Origin: a virus
Lineage: Duplodnaviria; Caudoviricetes
Virus record (IMG/VR): IMGVR_UViG_3300025679_000005
Direction: 5' to 3' (one strand)
DNA: 64,000 nt
How positions within the stretch are numbered: position 1 is the stretch's first letter; every line of letters begins with the position of its first letter. The position numbers and the translations under genes are program-made. Shown piece by piece: positions 32,966 through 44,129 of this stretch. The notes under the pieces were generated by a model that was not told the origin of the DNA, did no database searches, and saw only the letters and a program-made list of their open reading frames with translations.

Positions 32966-33175
32966 AGCACTTCAGATGGTCGACAAGAGGAAACAAGATG
33001 CCTGAAAAACTGAAGGAAGTTGAGGGTGGGTGCCCCAAGCCGGTCATTGTGTATACCCTGAAAAAGGTGAAACCCTTGGCCGAGCTGAGGCCGTCAGACG
33101 TTCCTAGGGGTTTGGACCCTGACGATTTAGCTACTGATTGTCCTTGATTTTCTGATAGACTACCTTTAGTGTTAC

Positions 33176-33257
33176 GCTCCAGTGTCGTAATGCAGCCGAG
33201 CTAGACTTAAAATCTGGTGCCTTAAAAGGCGTGTGGGCTCGATCCCCACCTGGAGCA
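33176..33257 (+). tRNA. tRNA-Leu(TAA)
   Basis: Loop CTTAAAA; body similar to 14052-14133. Confidence 0.82.
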
Positions 33258-33270
33258 CATAGAAAAACAC

Positions 33271-33348
33271 GGACCGTGACCTAAGCCGGAAAGTACTGGC
33301 GCCTGCCTTATATGCAGGTGGTTCGAGGGGCAGTACCTCCACGGTCTA
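33271..33348 (+). pseudogene. degenerate tRNA-Ile(TAT)-like gene overlapping the end of an antisense HNH
   Basis: GACCGTG/CACGGTC; CCTGC-CTTATAT-GCAGG; T-loop lost. Confidence 0.45.
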
Positions 33349-34213
33349 CTTTGATCTTGGTCCAATAACCTTTAGGTGGCGTGCACACGCCTAAAGCCTT
33401 GCAGTGCTTTTTGATTGCTGGAGCTGAAACACCCAATTGGTTTGCCAGAGTTGTAGCTGGCATCTCCCAAACTAATTTGGTAAGGACTTCCTTTGAAGGC
33501 CATGCACAATGGAATTTGGATTTGTTCCAGTGACCTTTTTTGGGCAGGTCCACGTTCTCTGACCTAATAATTTCGGACAGAACCCTGTTGGATACACCTA
33601 GAATCTCGGCGACTCTCTTGAGAGGCTCCGTCCAGACTAAGTGAACCAGATCAGCTCTGCGCGGTATTTCGAACCGACCATCCTCAGCACACGAAATGCA
33701 CTTTACGGTAGCTCTATTGGTCAGGGCTCCGCAGCCCGTGCAGTTTCGTTCAGACTTCTTAGGCTTGTTTCTACCAGTAAAGGTACTAGTCTGGGTGTGG
33801 CAGTTAGGACAGAGTATGCGGAGATTCTCTATTTGATTGTCGTCGGATACCCCGTTGATGTGGTCTAGTTGGAGCACTAAGGGTTCTCCTCGCCACTCTG
33901 GTAGGGTGCCACACAGAGCGCAGATATTCCTAAGGACGCCCTCTTGAATCAACCTTCTCTTCACGGTCGTTCTGTCATAAGGACAGTTAGGTGTCAGCAA
34001 TTCACTCAGAGGTACCCTATAGCTGCCTTTAGAGGCGGTCTTGCTCACCCAATGTGTCGTTGACAGGCCCATATTCGAGATCCTACTCTTGGCCGATACC
34101 GCGCTACCTCCTGTGACTTTTAGCCCCAACTCCCTTAGAGTGGCTGACATGTTAGTATTGTCTGCAACAGCCTTTGTAAATTGTTCGTCCGTGTACAATC
34201 TTCTTCTTGACAT
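33308..34213 (-). CDS. HNH endonuclease, family A (duplicated tail)
   Basis: LQLDHINGVSDDNQIENLRILCPNCHTQT; two LVW..LGVS..KG(H/Y)W repeats. Confidence 0.88.
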   Translation of the reverse strand: MSRRRLYTDEQFTKAVADNTNMSATLRELGLKVTGGSAVSAKSRISNMGLSTTHWVSKTASKGSYRVPLSELLTPNCPYDRTTVKRRLIQEGVLRNICALCGTLPEWRGEPLVLQLDHINGVSDDNQIENLRILCPNCHTQTSTFTGRNKPKKSERNCTGCGALTNRATVKCISCAEDGRFEIPRRADLVHLVWTEPLKRVAEILGVSNRVLSEIIRSENVDLPKKGHWNKSKFHCAWPSKEVLTKLVWEMPATTLANQLGVSAPAIKKHCKALGVCTPPKGYWTKIKVDRGGTAPRTTCI

Positions 34214-34354
34214 ATGGCAAACCTATGAGACGGAGTATACTTACGTTGCCAATAAGTAAGTTATGCCACGCCTTTTAGGCTCAGACATGCCAAAGTGGTC
34301 GATACTTGTCGGTTCGAACCCGACGGGCCCTACGACTCGGTGTAAGGAAGCGAA

Positions 34355-34879
34355 ATGGAAACTACAGGATACGCTCTGAGGGACGCCCTCAAGCAATGGG
34401 AGCTGAAGCGTGACGCAGCAAACAAGGGCTTCAATGGTTCCTTGCATCGCTTTGCCGATGAGGCCGACAAGGTGGCTCCACAAGCGGTGGTGGCCTCGGT
34501 GTTGCTCGCAGAGAAGGCCATTGTGGGTCTCCAGGTGGCGCAGATGCGCTACAACCTAGGAGTCCTGGTAGAGGTCCAAGGCGAGGTCATGACGCTGGCT
34601 GAGGCCATCAAGCATGTTGGCACGGCCGGCAAGATCGAGAAGACCTGGAAGACCGTGGTCACTGGCCCGAAGGCCAGTCCCTATGCGTCATACGACGACC
34701 CTACGGTTCGTACCAACGACCCGAAACAGGAGCGTGCAGTCCCCGTCCTCAAGGACGCGGAAGTCCTGGACCTGACGCGCCAGGCCAGCAAGCGAGCAGG
34801 GGCCTTCAAGACCGCCATTGCTACGGCCAACGCGACCGTCCTCGACATCGAGAACTTAGACCCGTCTCTCTTTGATTGA
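34355..34879 (+). CDS. coiled-coil protein followed by a structured RNA
   Basis: AAGGAAG RBS; helical composition; biased codon use. Confidence 0.8.
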   Translation: METTGYALRDALKQWELKRDAANKGFNGSLHRFADEADKVAPQAVVASVLLAEKAIVGLQVAQMRYNLGVLVEVQGEVMTLAEAIKHVGTAGKIEKTWKTVVTGPKASPYASYDDPTVRTNDPKQERAVPVLKDAEVLDLTRQASKRAGAFKTAIATANATVLDIENLDPSLFD

Positions 34880-35115
34880 CGGGTAAAAGCAGGCCGAGCA
34901 ATCGGCCTGGAGAGAGAGTCCATAACCTCGAACGGCTTTGCGGCCGTTGGCGATTAATCAACCCGCTCTAGCAGGCACCATTCTAAGGCTATCCCTCATA
35001 GGTCCACGTATGTGGCCAAAAGTCGGCTAACTTTGGTGAGTCTGCGGGCACCGATTTCTCCTACCTCCTGTTGACTCTTTCTCGAATTTTCCGGCTCAGC
35101 CCACATGCTGAGCCT
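34880..35115 (+). ncRNA. candidate structured RNA
   Basis: CAGGCCGA/TCGGCCTG, 11-bp long-range GAGAGAGAGTC/GACTCTTTCTC, AACGGC/GCCGTT, GGCTCAGC/GCTGAGCC. Confidence 0.5.
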
Positions 35116-35309
35116 AGCCCACGGACAAATGATACTTTTCTTGTCAGGACCCTTAAGGTATCCCCTGGGGGACCGTTAGGTGTAAGTGAAGCCCAACGGC
35201 TTCAAAGTCTTGGCCCGGCTCAAACCGGGGTAAGTGGTGGAGGACGGTAGGGAAACCTATCACCCCTAGTTACAGAACCTAGGACCTCAATGGTGAGGTC
35301 CTAGGACAT

Positions 35310-35395
35310 GCTCAGATGGCGGAAATGGCAGACGCGCTGGCCTCAAAGACCGGTATTCCTTAGTGAGTGTGGGGGTTCGAGTCCCTCTCTGAGCA
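35310..35395 (+). tRNA. tRNA-Leu(CAA) second copy
   Basis: Loop CTCAAAG, long V region. Confidence 0.8.
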
Positions 35396-35422
35396 CTGAG
35401 GTCCGAAAGGACCTCAAATTAC

Positions 35423-35816
35423 GGGCCCGACAGGTTTCGACTTGGTGACGAAGGAGACGATCGATTGTGCAATGGGAGTCTGCCCCATAAAACAGGCATC
35501 GCTAACTGCGAACGATAATTACTACGCTGCTGCTGCCTGAAAGGGTAGCCGCTCTCTAAACGGGAGCACACAGCCACTACTTCCGTAGCGCCTCGGTACC
35601 GGAAGAGTGAAACCAAAACAGAGGCTGCGCTTACCGGGATTGCCTAACCACCGGGTAGCAAAGATTGCAGAATGGCTTTGGGCAGACAAGATTCTGCTGG
35701 AATCGTCAAAGGCAGCTTGCGGTCGATGATGATGATTGAAGTCTCTAGCAAGCTACGCACATGAACAAGATCCCTCTGTAGGAATCGAGGACCCGGCTTC
35801 AATGCCGGCGGGTCCA
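35423..35816 (+). ncRNA. ssrA: tmRNA, one-piece; tag ANDNYYAAAA*
   Basis: GGGCCCG/CGGGTCC with G3:U70, 5' GACAGGTTTCGAC, TAACT then GCG AAC GAT AAT resume codons (35508-35540), T-arm near the 3' end. Confidence 0.92.
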
Positions 35817-36073
35817 CTAAGTGATTCAGCAAACTCTCTGGTTGAATCATGAGGCAGAAGGTACCTTCTGCCCTGCTATCACGCTCACGACGGAAAGCGG
35901 CTGCGTGTCTTTAGGTAGCACTGTGATTGCGGTAGGTTTGAGAGACGGGCCTACTCCGGTCACAGAACGAGACCTTTAGCGGGGATCTTTCCAAGAACGG
36001 CATCTGAATCTCAAAATGGGATCAGATGCCGTTTCACTTTCAGGTGTAGGAACGTCTGGTGATCAGACGGAGA

Positions 36074-36733
36074 ATGAAGATGGCGAAGCTCAACGAAATC
36101 AACTTGCTCGACGTAGGCGATACGATCCAATTGGTAGGCTCGGTCTGGGCTGGCAACGGTAAGATGTATCTGGCCCTGTTCCCTGAGGATAGGGGTACGC
36201 TCCGCGTAAGTTCCCACAAGGTCTTGTTTACCCAGAAGGCTTGGGACGACGTGTCCTTTGCTGGGGATGACGAGACCGAGGTGCACACTCTGGACATGGA
36301 TTCGGCTGACTGGGAGAAGTTCCTTCGTCAGACGGACCTCCTCGAAACTGAGGTCTTGGCCAAGGCTTCGGACGGGACTCTGGCCAAGGTCATTGTCCGG
36401 AAGAGCCAACGTAACATCGAGGCTGGAATCTCCTGGAAAGTATTCAAGCGGGATGGGTATGCCTGCCGGTATTGCGGCAAGGACGACCTGCCCCTGACCG
36501 TGGACCACCTGGTCCTATGGGAGGTTGGAGGCCCTAGCATCGAAGCCAACCTCGTGGCTGCTTGCCGTAAGTGCAATAAGACCCGGGGGCGACTTTCATA
36601 CAGCCAATGGCTCTCTCACGACTACTACAAGCGAGTGTCCACGGGCATTTCTCAGGCTCAAAGAGCTGCCAATGTGCTCCTTGAAGAGACCCTCAAGGAT
36701 ATCCCTGTGAACATCAATCAGCGCACGCGGTAA
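36074..36733 (+). CDS. HNH endonuclease domain protein
   Basis: VFKRDGYACRYCG..LTVDHL..NLVAACRKCNKTRG. Confidence 0.85.
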   Translation: MKMAKLNEINLLDVGDTIQLVGSVWAGNGKMYLALFPEDRGTLRVSSHKVLFTQKAWDDVSFAGDDETEVHTLDMDSADWEKFLRQTDLLETEVLAKASDGTLAKVIVRKSQRNIEAGISWKVFKRDGYACRYCGKDDLPLTVDHLVLWEVGGPSIEANLVAACRKCNKTRGRLSYSQWLSHDYYKRVSTGISQAQRAANVLLEETLKDIPVNINQRTR

Positions 36734-36736
36734 ACC

Positions 36737-36772
36737 AATTGTGGGCTTTCTATCGTAGGAAGCCCACAATTT
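36737..36772. terminator. strong inverted repeat, possible terminator
   Basis: AATTGTGGGCTTT...GAAGCCCACAATT. Confidence 0.55.
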
Positions 36773-36860
36773 AGGTGACGGCGCCCCGTAATTTTAGTAG
36801 ACTGCCAACCCAACCCAAAGAGGACAAACCGTGAAATAGACGGAGATAGAGAAGGCTCAC

Positions 36861-37448
36861 TTGTTCACTCAAACACTCATCCTGAATCAGCACTACAGGC
36901 CCCACGAAATCGTCGACTGGAAGGACGCCGTCACACGGATGTTCGCCGGCAAACTGGAAGTCATTGTCCAGTATGACGAGGTCATTGCGCACATCGATCG
37001 CCAGACCTTGGCAACCTTCAAGGAATTGAGGATTGCTCTTCGTCAGGTCATCGGTACGGATGTCGAGTCCTTCGACATGAAGGTGCCGGCAGTGGTCGTG
37101 CTGCGTCGCAAGCTGAGCAAGATGAAGAGTGGCATCAAGTTCTCGAAGATCAACGTCTGCCTCAGGGACGACTTTAGGTGCCAATACTGCGGTACGAAGC
37201 TCCCGATGTCTCAGCTCAACTACGACCACGTACTTCCGCGGTCGAAGGGCGGTAAGACGGACTGGCGTAATATTGTCGCCGCATGTTATCCGTGTAATGA
37301 CAAGAAGGGAAACATGCTACTCGAAGAGTCGGGTATGACCTTATTGTCAGTACCGGTGAAGCCCAAGGTACTGCCGATGAATGAACCCTACATCGACATC
37401 AAAAAGGCACCTCCTGAGTGGGAGTCTTACATCAAGAGAGTGGCGTGA
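36861..37448 (+). CDS. HNH endonuclease (McrA-like)
   Basis: TLILNQHYRP..FSKINVCLRDDFRCQYCG..YDHVLPRSKGGKTDWRNIVAACYPCNDKKG. Confidence 0.9.
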   Translation: MFTQTLILNQHYRPHEIVDWKDAVTRMFAGKLEVIVQYDEVIAHIDRQTLATFKELRIALRQVIGTDVESFDMKVPAVVVLRRKLSKMKSGIKFSKINVCLRDDFRCQYCGTKLPMSQLNYDHVLPRSKGGKTDWRNIVAACYPCNDKKGNMLLEESGMTLLSVPVKPKVLPMNEPYIDIKKAPPEWESYIKRVA

Positions 37449-37452
37449 TGAA

Positions 37453-38247
37453 GTGGCGTTAATCAAGATATTCTCTCGATTAACGCCACTTTGTGTGCTT
37501 ACCCAGATATATGAACTTCTCGATCCGACCTCTCTAGAACCTCGTTACGTAGGTCAGTCGTGGAACGCCAAAAAGCGATATACCCGACATTTGTATGATG
37601 CTAAACGTGGGGAGATAGGCCGAGTCTTCAATTGGATTCGCTCAGTTCAGCGTGAGGGGTTGAGCCCAGTTCTCAACATTTTAGAAGTCTGTGCCGAAGA
37701 TGATGCAGACTTCTCCGAGTGTGATTGGATATGGCAACGAAGGCAAGAGGGGTGTGACTTAACCAACTGCACTGATGGTGGAGGCGGGACGCGGGGTTAC
37801 AAGGCGTCTGATGAGGCTAGGGCAAAAATTGGAGCCGCCCACAGAGGTAAGATTGTCTCTGAAGAGACCCGACTGAAAGTTTCACAGACCAAATCTGGGG
37901 TTCCTCTCACTGAAGACACGAAGGCTGCTATGTCCGTAGCCCAAGTCAAACGGTATGAGGACTGCCCAGTAACGTCCGAGCAGCGTCAAGCCACCTCCGA
38001 ACGAATGAAGGGTAATAAGCACCCTCTTGGCGTAAAGCGTTCCGCAGAGACCAAAGCAAAGATGTCTCTGGCTCGTTCAGGCAGCAAAGCTCCTACGGCC
38101 TCTTTTACGGAACCACAGGTCATCGAAATACGCAGCTTATTCTCTGCCGGGGGTGTCCCTCAGGCTGAGCTGGCAAGACGTTACGATGTGTCAACGATAG
38201 TCATGCATTGCATGCTTCGCCGGAAGACCTACAAGCACATCCCTTAG
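37453..38247 (+). CDS. GIY-YIG homing endonuclease with NUMOD3 repeats
   Basis: QIYELLDP..RYVGQS..KRY..H; SDEARAKIG/SEETRLKVS repeats. Confidence 0.85.
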   Translation: MALIKIFSRLTPLCVLTQIYELLDPTSLEPRYVGQSWNAKKRYTRHLYDAKRGEIGRVFNWIRSVQREGLSPVLNILEVCAEDDADFSECDWIWQRRQEGCDLTNCTDGGGGTRGYKASDEARAKIGAAHRGKIVSEETRLKVSQTKSGVPLTEDTKAAMSVAQVKRYEDCPVTSEQRQATSERMKGNKHPLGVKRSAETKAKMSLARSGSKAPTASFTEPQVIEIRSLFSAGGVPQAELARRYDVSTIVMHCMLRRKTYKHIP

Positions 38248-38576
38248 GTGGCGTGCCCGTTCGTGATGTACCCGTGCCACTCGTCCTTGCTCTCTTCATC
38301 GGTGGCGAGGTTGATGCTGGGTGTGATCGAGACATCGGCCAGTGAGGTGCCTGAGACATGCCATCTAGGTAGCGGCTCGGCCTCATCCGGGACCCCACGA
38401 TTGGCAAACCAGACAAGGACGCTGTGGACCCCGATATCGGAGTTGCCGTTCTTGCGGTAGCAGCTAGGGCATATGAAGAGGATGCCCTGGGCAGTAGTGA
38501 TGTCCAATCCTCGATGGAATCCTCTTGGGGTATGGGTTAGGAATTCTGCGTCCAGCTCATGAAGTGGTGTCGTCAT
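38244..38576 (-). CDS. hypothetical protein
   Basis: CPSC; SITPSIN..WHGYITNG motif. Confidence 0.65.
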   Translation of the reverse strand: MTTPLHELDAEFLTHTPRGFHRGLDITTAQGILFICPSCYRKNGNSDIGVHSVLVWFANRGVPDEAEPLPRWHVSGTSLADVSITPSINLATDEESKDEWHGYITNGHAT

Positions 38577-38812
38577 TTGGCGAACCTCGCTATGTTGAGC
38601 CAGCGCCGGAACATGGCTGCGGTCACCTTGTCGGTGAACCCGTTGTCGCACCACTTGCAGGCGAGCTGGCGGTAGCCTCCAGTGGGGTACTCTACGAGGC
38701 GGCTTCCGTGGCCGTCACAAGCTTGGCAGGGCATAAGGGTGTCCCGATCCTCCATTGCCTTGGTGATTCGGAGCAGCCATTTGCTCTTGGATTCTGTCCT
38801 ACGGGTTCCCAC
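38573..38812 (-). CDS. small Zn-finger protein (DnaJ-like CxxCxGxG)
   Basis: CQACDGHG..CKWCDNG. Confidence 0.6.
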   Translation of the reverse strand: MGTRRTESKSKWLLRITKAMEDRDTLMPCQACDGHGSRLVEYPTGGYRQLACKWCDNGFTDKVTAAMFRRWLNIARFAK

Positions 38813-39028
38813 ATCTAGGCTTGTTCAAAAAAAGCTGTGCGATCGTCCAAAAATGGTGTATAGGTATGGCTGAGGGACCGCGCCCCAGGGCTTGGGTCCT
38901 TCGTAACAGCTGACCGCACCGTAAAAGGTTTGGGGAGGCTGCGGACTTCGAACCAGGAACGCTAGCGATTTGGGGCTTGTCCAGCCCGCATCAAAGGCAC
39001 CCCTCGACTGTTTTTACGGAGGACTCCC

Positions 39029-39604
39029 ATGGAGATCCAAGCGCGTCTAACTCACGATAAGCTCAATCACGCTCAAGACAACAACGTCCAACTCGTAGTC
39101 TCGCTCACAGCTCCTCAGTTGGACTGGGTAGCAAAACGCCCGAATCTCTGCGTAGTCCCAGTTATCGACCTCTCAGGTTCGATGTCAGGTGGGAAGCTCG
39201 AATACGCCAAAGAGAGCATGGGGAAGCTGGTTGACCAGTTGCAGCCAGGTGACATCGTTGGCCTTATTGGATTCGAAGGCCGAATCCACAAGCTGATGGA
39301 ACCCCAGTTGGCGACAGCTGAGGTCAAAACCAAGCTCAAAAACATCATCAGCAAGCTGGGTCCCTTGGGTGGGACTGACCTGAACGGCGGAGTTCTGGAG
39401 GCTTTGCGGATGGTTGAGGGCTTGGACCTTCACCCGAAGTACATCAAGCGTATCATCGTTTTCACCGATGGTGAACCCTCAGCGGGCATTGTAGACAAGC
39501 CTCAAATCCTGAGGCTCCTCAAGGAGAACTTGGGGACCTCTACGGTCAGTGCCTTTGGCTACGGCGGCGGGACTGGTATTCGATTTGCTCTAAGCATCGG
39601 GTGA
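39029..39604 (+). CDS. VWA domain protein, apparently C-terminally truncated
   Basis: DLSGSM MIDAS, GGTD, FTDG; stops shortly after SAFGYG. Confidence 0.75.
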   Translation: MEIQARLTHDKLNHAQDNNVQLVVSLTAPQLDWVAKRPNLCVVPVIDLSGSMSGGKLEYAKESMGKLVDQLQPGDIVGLIGFEGRIHKLMEPQLATAEVKTKLKNIISKLGPLGGTDLNGGVLEALRMVEGLDLHPKYIKRIIVFTDGEPSAGIVDKPQILRLLKENLGTSTVSAFGYGGGTGIRFALSIG

Positions 39605-39753
39605 CTCGGGACGACTGCGGCATGTGCAATGCCGGCCACTGGGTCAACAACTGGCGGCACATCGCAGGCAGCGTCGTGTTCAAAGTGTCCCCGAGGCTTT
39701 GGCGGTGGTGGGCAAACCTACCCCTATACAAGAGCGCTGGCGCAAGGAACTGA

Positions 39754-40029
39754 ATGGTCGGCTGGACTCGAAGAAACGCTGAAGATCGGGAACGCCGCCG
39801 CAGGTGGTTAGCCTCCTTGAGTCGCGAGGAGCTGGCCTTGGAGCGTCGTCAACGGGCGGAAGAGAACCGCTTGTTCAAGTACTTCCCTGTCGTGTTGGTT
39901 CCTACGGGCCTGGCAATCTGGCTAATACCCCAGAGTCCAATCTATGGATTGTGGGTTCTCATGGCCTTCTTTACTTCGATTTTTGCTTTTACGATGTGGG
40001 TCATCTCTAAGTACAAGAAGATCAAGTAG
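39754..40029 (+). CDS. small two-TM membrane protein
   Basis: Two hydrophobic segments, basic tail. Confidence 0.6.
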   Translation: MVGWTRRNAEDRERRRRWLASLSREELALERRQRAEENRLFKYFPVVLVPTGLAIWLIPQSPIYGLWVLMAFFTSIFAFTMWVISKYKKIK

Positions 40030-40317
40030 ATGCTCGAATCAGTCGGAAAAACCCAGGACGGAAAGACCATCGTCACCGGAGTCTACAAGTTCTATGAGAC
40101 CACAGGGGTTCCTCTGGACTCGATTCTGGGCATCCTCGAAGAACGGGGCATGACCCCCGATTGGATGGCGCTTGTCCTGGAGGCCGTAGAAGCGGGCATG
40201 AAGCCGGATCGGTTCCTCTCAATGCTGGACCCCGCTATTGCCGATTCCTACGGACCAGTCATGAGAGATGAAGTCATTCGCAGACTTCGGCTGCTGACCG
40301 CTCCGAAATCGGTGTAG
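40030..40317 (+). CDS. small protein resembling a helical segment of alanyl-tRNA synthetase
   Basis: VYKFYETTGVPLD resembles the AlaRS FKLYDTYGFPLD motif. Confidence 0.5.
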   Translation: MLESVGKTQDGKTIVTGVYKFYETTGVPLDSILGILEERGMTPDWMALVLEAVEAGMKPDRFLSMLDPAIADSYGPVMRDEVIRRLRLLTAPKSV

Positions 40318-40329
40318 TAACCCCGCCAT

Positions 40330-40899
40330 ATGCAAGAAATCTATATCAGCGTTGATGTCGAGGCGGACGGGCCTATACCAGGACCCCATTCCATGTTGAG
40401 CCTCGGAGCCGTGGCGTTGTTGCCAACGGGCAAAGAAGTAGGGTCATTCGAAGTAAACCTGGAGCTTTTGGAGGGCGCCGTCGGGCACCCAGACACCATG
40501 GCTTGGTGGTCTACCCAGGGAGCAGCTTGGGCTGCTTGCCGCACCAACTTGAAGTCTCCTGTTGTGGGGATGGTCTCCTTTGTGAATTGGGTCAACGAGG
40601 TCTCGGCAAAGAACAGTGCGACCCCCGTGTGCGTTGCCTACCCTGCCGGCTTCGACTTTACCTTCGCTCACTGGTACATCACTAAATTTGTAGGCAAAAG
40701 CCCTTTCAGTTTTGCGTGCCTAGACATGAAGACCTTCGCAATGGCCATTTTGGGGACCCCCTACAGAGGCACTACAAAGCGCACTATGCCTAAGAAGTGG
40801 TTTAAGGACCTGCCTCCGCACGAGCATGTCGCACTGAGTGATGCGCGAGAGCAAGGTCAGCTATTCATAAGGATGCTCCAGCATGCACGACCTACCTGA
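40330..40899 (+). CDS. DEDDh 3'-5' exoribonuclease (Rv2179c-like)
   Basis: ISVDVEADGP, FDF, HVALSDA. Confidence 0.85.
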   Translation: MQEIYISVDVEADGPIPGPHSMLSLGAVALLPTGKEVGSFEVNLELLEGAVGHPDTMAWWSTQGAAWAACRTNLKSPVVGMVSFVNWVNEVSAKNSATPVCVAYPAGFDFTFAHWYITKFVGKSPFSFACLDMKTFAMAILGTPYRGTTKRTMPKKWFKDLPPHEHVALSDAREQGQLFIRMLQHARPT

Positions 40900-41451
40900 G
40901 TTGGGGGGGCTGTACACGATTCACAATCATGTGAACGGGAAGCACTACATAGGTAGTACGTGTAATTTCCGCAAACGTTGGAATTTGCACCGCTGCTTAT
41001 TACGAAATGGGCGCCATCATTCGGCCTACTTGCAAAATGCATGGGACAAGCATGGAGAGGTGGTCTTCACTTTCAATGTCCTGCAAATTTGTGATAGGCC
41101 AACTAGGCTAATGTTGGAGCAGCACTTCTTCGACACCCTGCCTGCTCAATACAACATGAGTCGAAAGGCGACTTCTAGCGAAGGCTGCAAGAGGAGCCCA
41201 GAGACTTCGGAGCGTATGCGTGCCGCTATTTTAGCGAACCCTGTTAGGATGATCCACATACGAGAGTTGGGAAAACAACCGAAGAGTCCAGAGCATAGGC
41301 AGCGAATTTCGGAGGCTCATGAAGGTTTAGTGCCCACAGAACAAACTAGAGCTAAGCTGAGAGCTGCCAGCGCAATCCGTTGGTCTAAGCCTGAAGAGCA
41401 CGCGAAGGCGTCATTAGCAAAGCTAGGCAAACGCTTGCCCCGTAAATCTTA

Positions 41452-41452
<1 letters not shown>
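40883..41452 (+). CDS. GIY-YIG homing endonuclease
   Basis: GLYTIHN..YIGST..RW..H..L..GRHHS.YLQNAWDKHG. Confidence 0.88.
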
Positions 41453-43468
<2,016 letters not shown>

Positions 43469-43508
43469 CTGGTTGTAATCACTAGTATTCTTAGGCGTAG
43501 GTTTTTAC

Positions 43509-43883
43509 TTGTCAGATCTGGAAGAGGTGGATAGCCGCCTCTTCCAGATCTGGGGTCTTCGCCCTACAGACGTACAGCCTCAGGATCTGCCAGAAGTAGC
43601 TAGGGCTATCGTCGGGCTGTACCGAAAGCAGGCAAAGGTCACGCTGGGCACGTCGAAGGAGATCACATACGTCTTGATTACGGCCCCTGGAGTGAAGGTT
43701 CAGATCTTAGCTAGTGATTGGGCAAAGATTGAGCCATTCATTAAAGACGGGTCCTTGGACCCTCTTGTAGTGCCAACGCCCCAAAATACCAGGGTAGCAC
43801 AAGACCTTACGTTGTTGAGCCCTACTGATCCCTATTACTTACGGGTACTGGGGATCCTTCAGAGCCTGTTTCCAGGCACCTAA
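43509..43883 (+). CDS. hypothetical protein
   Basis: 124-aa ORF. Confidence 0.5.
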   Translation: MSDLEEVDSRLFQIWGLRPTDVQPQDLPEVARAIVGLYRKQAKVTLGTSKEITYVLITAPGVKVQILASDWAKIEPFIKDGSLDPLVVPTPQNTRVAQDLTLLSPTDPYYLRVLGILQSLFPGT

Positions 43884-43901
43884 ATAAGAAAGAGCACCCA
43901 A

Positions 43902-44120
43902 ATGAGCATTGATCATTCCGGCACAGCACCAGGCCTAGTCCCTTCGGCAAAAGTACAGGATGCTAAAGTGAACCTGCGTTGCAAGGGTGAGGGCTGCGAT
44001 TCGATGGAAGCCGTCGAGATCAAGATTGAAGGACAGGAACACACCGGGCAACGAGTGTATCGTTGCGTGAAGTGCTCCAGGCCAGCCAGCGTCCAAGTTG
44101 GCGGGCATATCAACATCTGA
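43902..44120 (+). CDS. small Zn-ribbon protein
   Basis: CKGEGC..CVKC. Confidence 0.65.
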   Translation: MSIDHSGTAPGLVPSAKVQDAKVNLRCKGEGCDSMEAVEIKIEGQEHTGQRVYRCVKCSRPASVQVGGHINI

Positions 44121-44129
44121 GGATACCCC

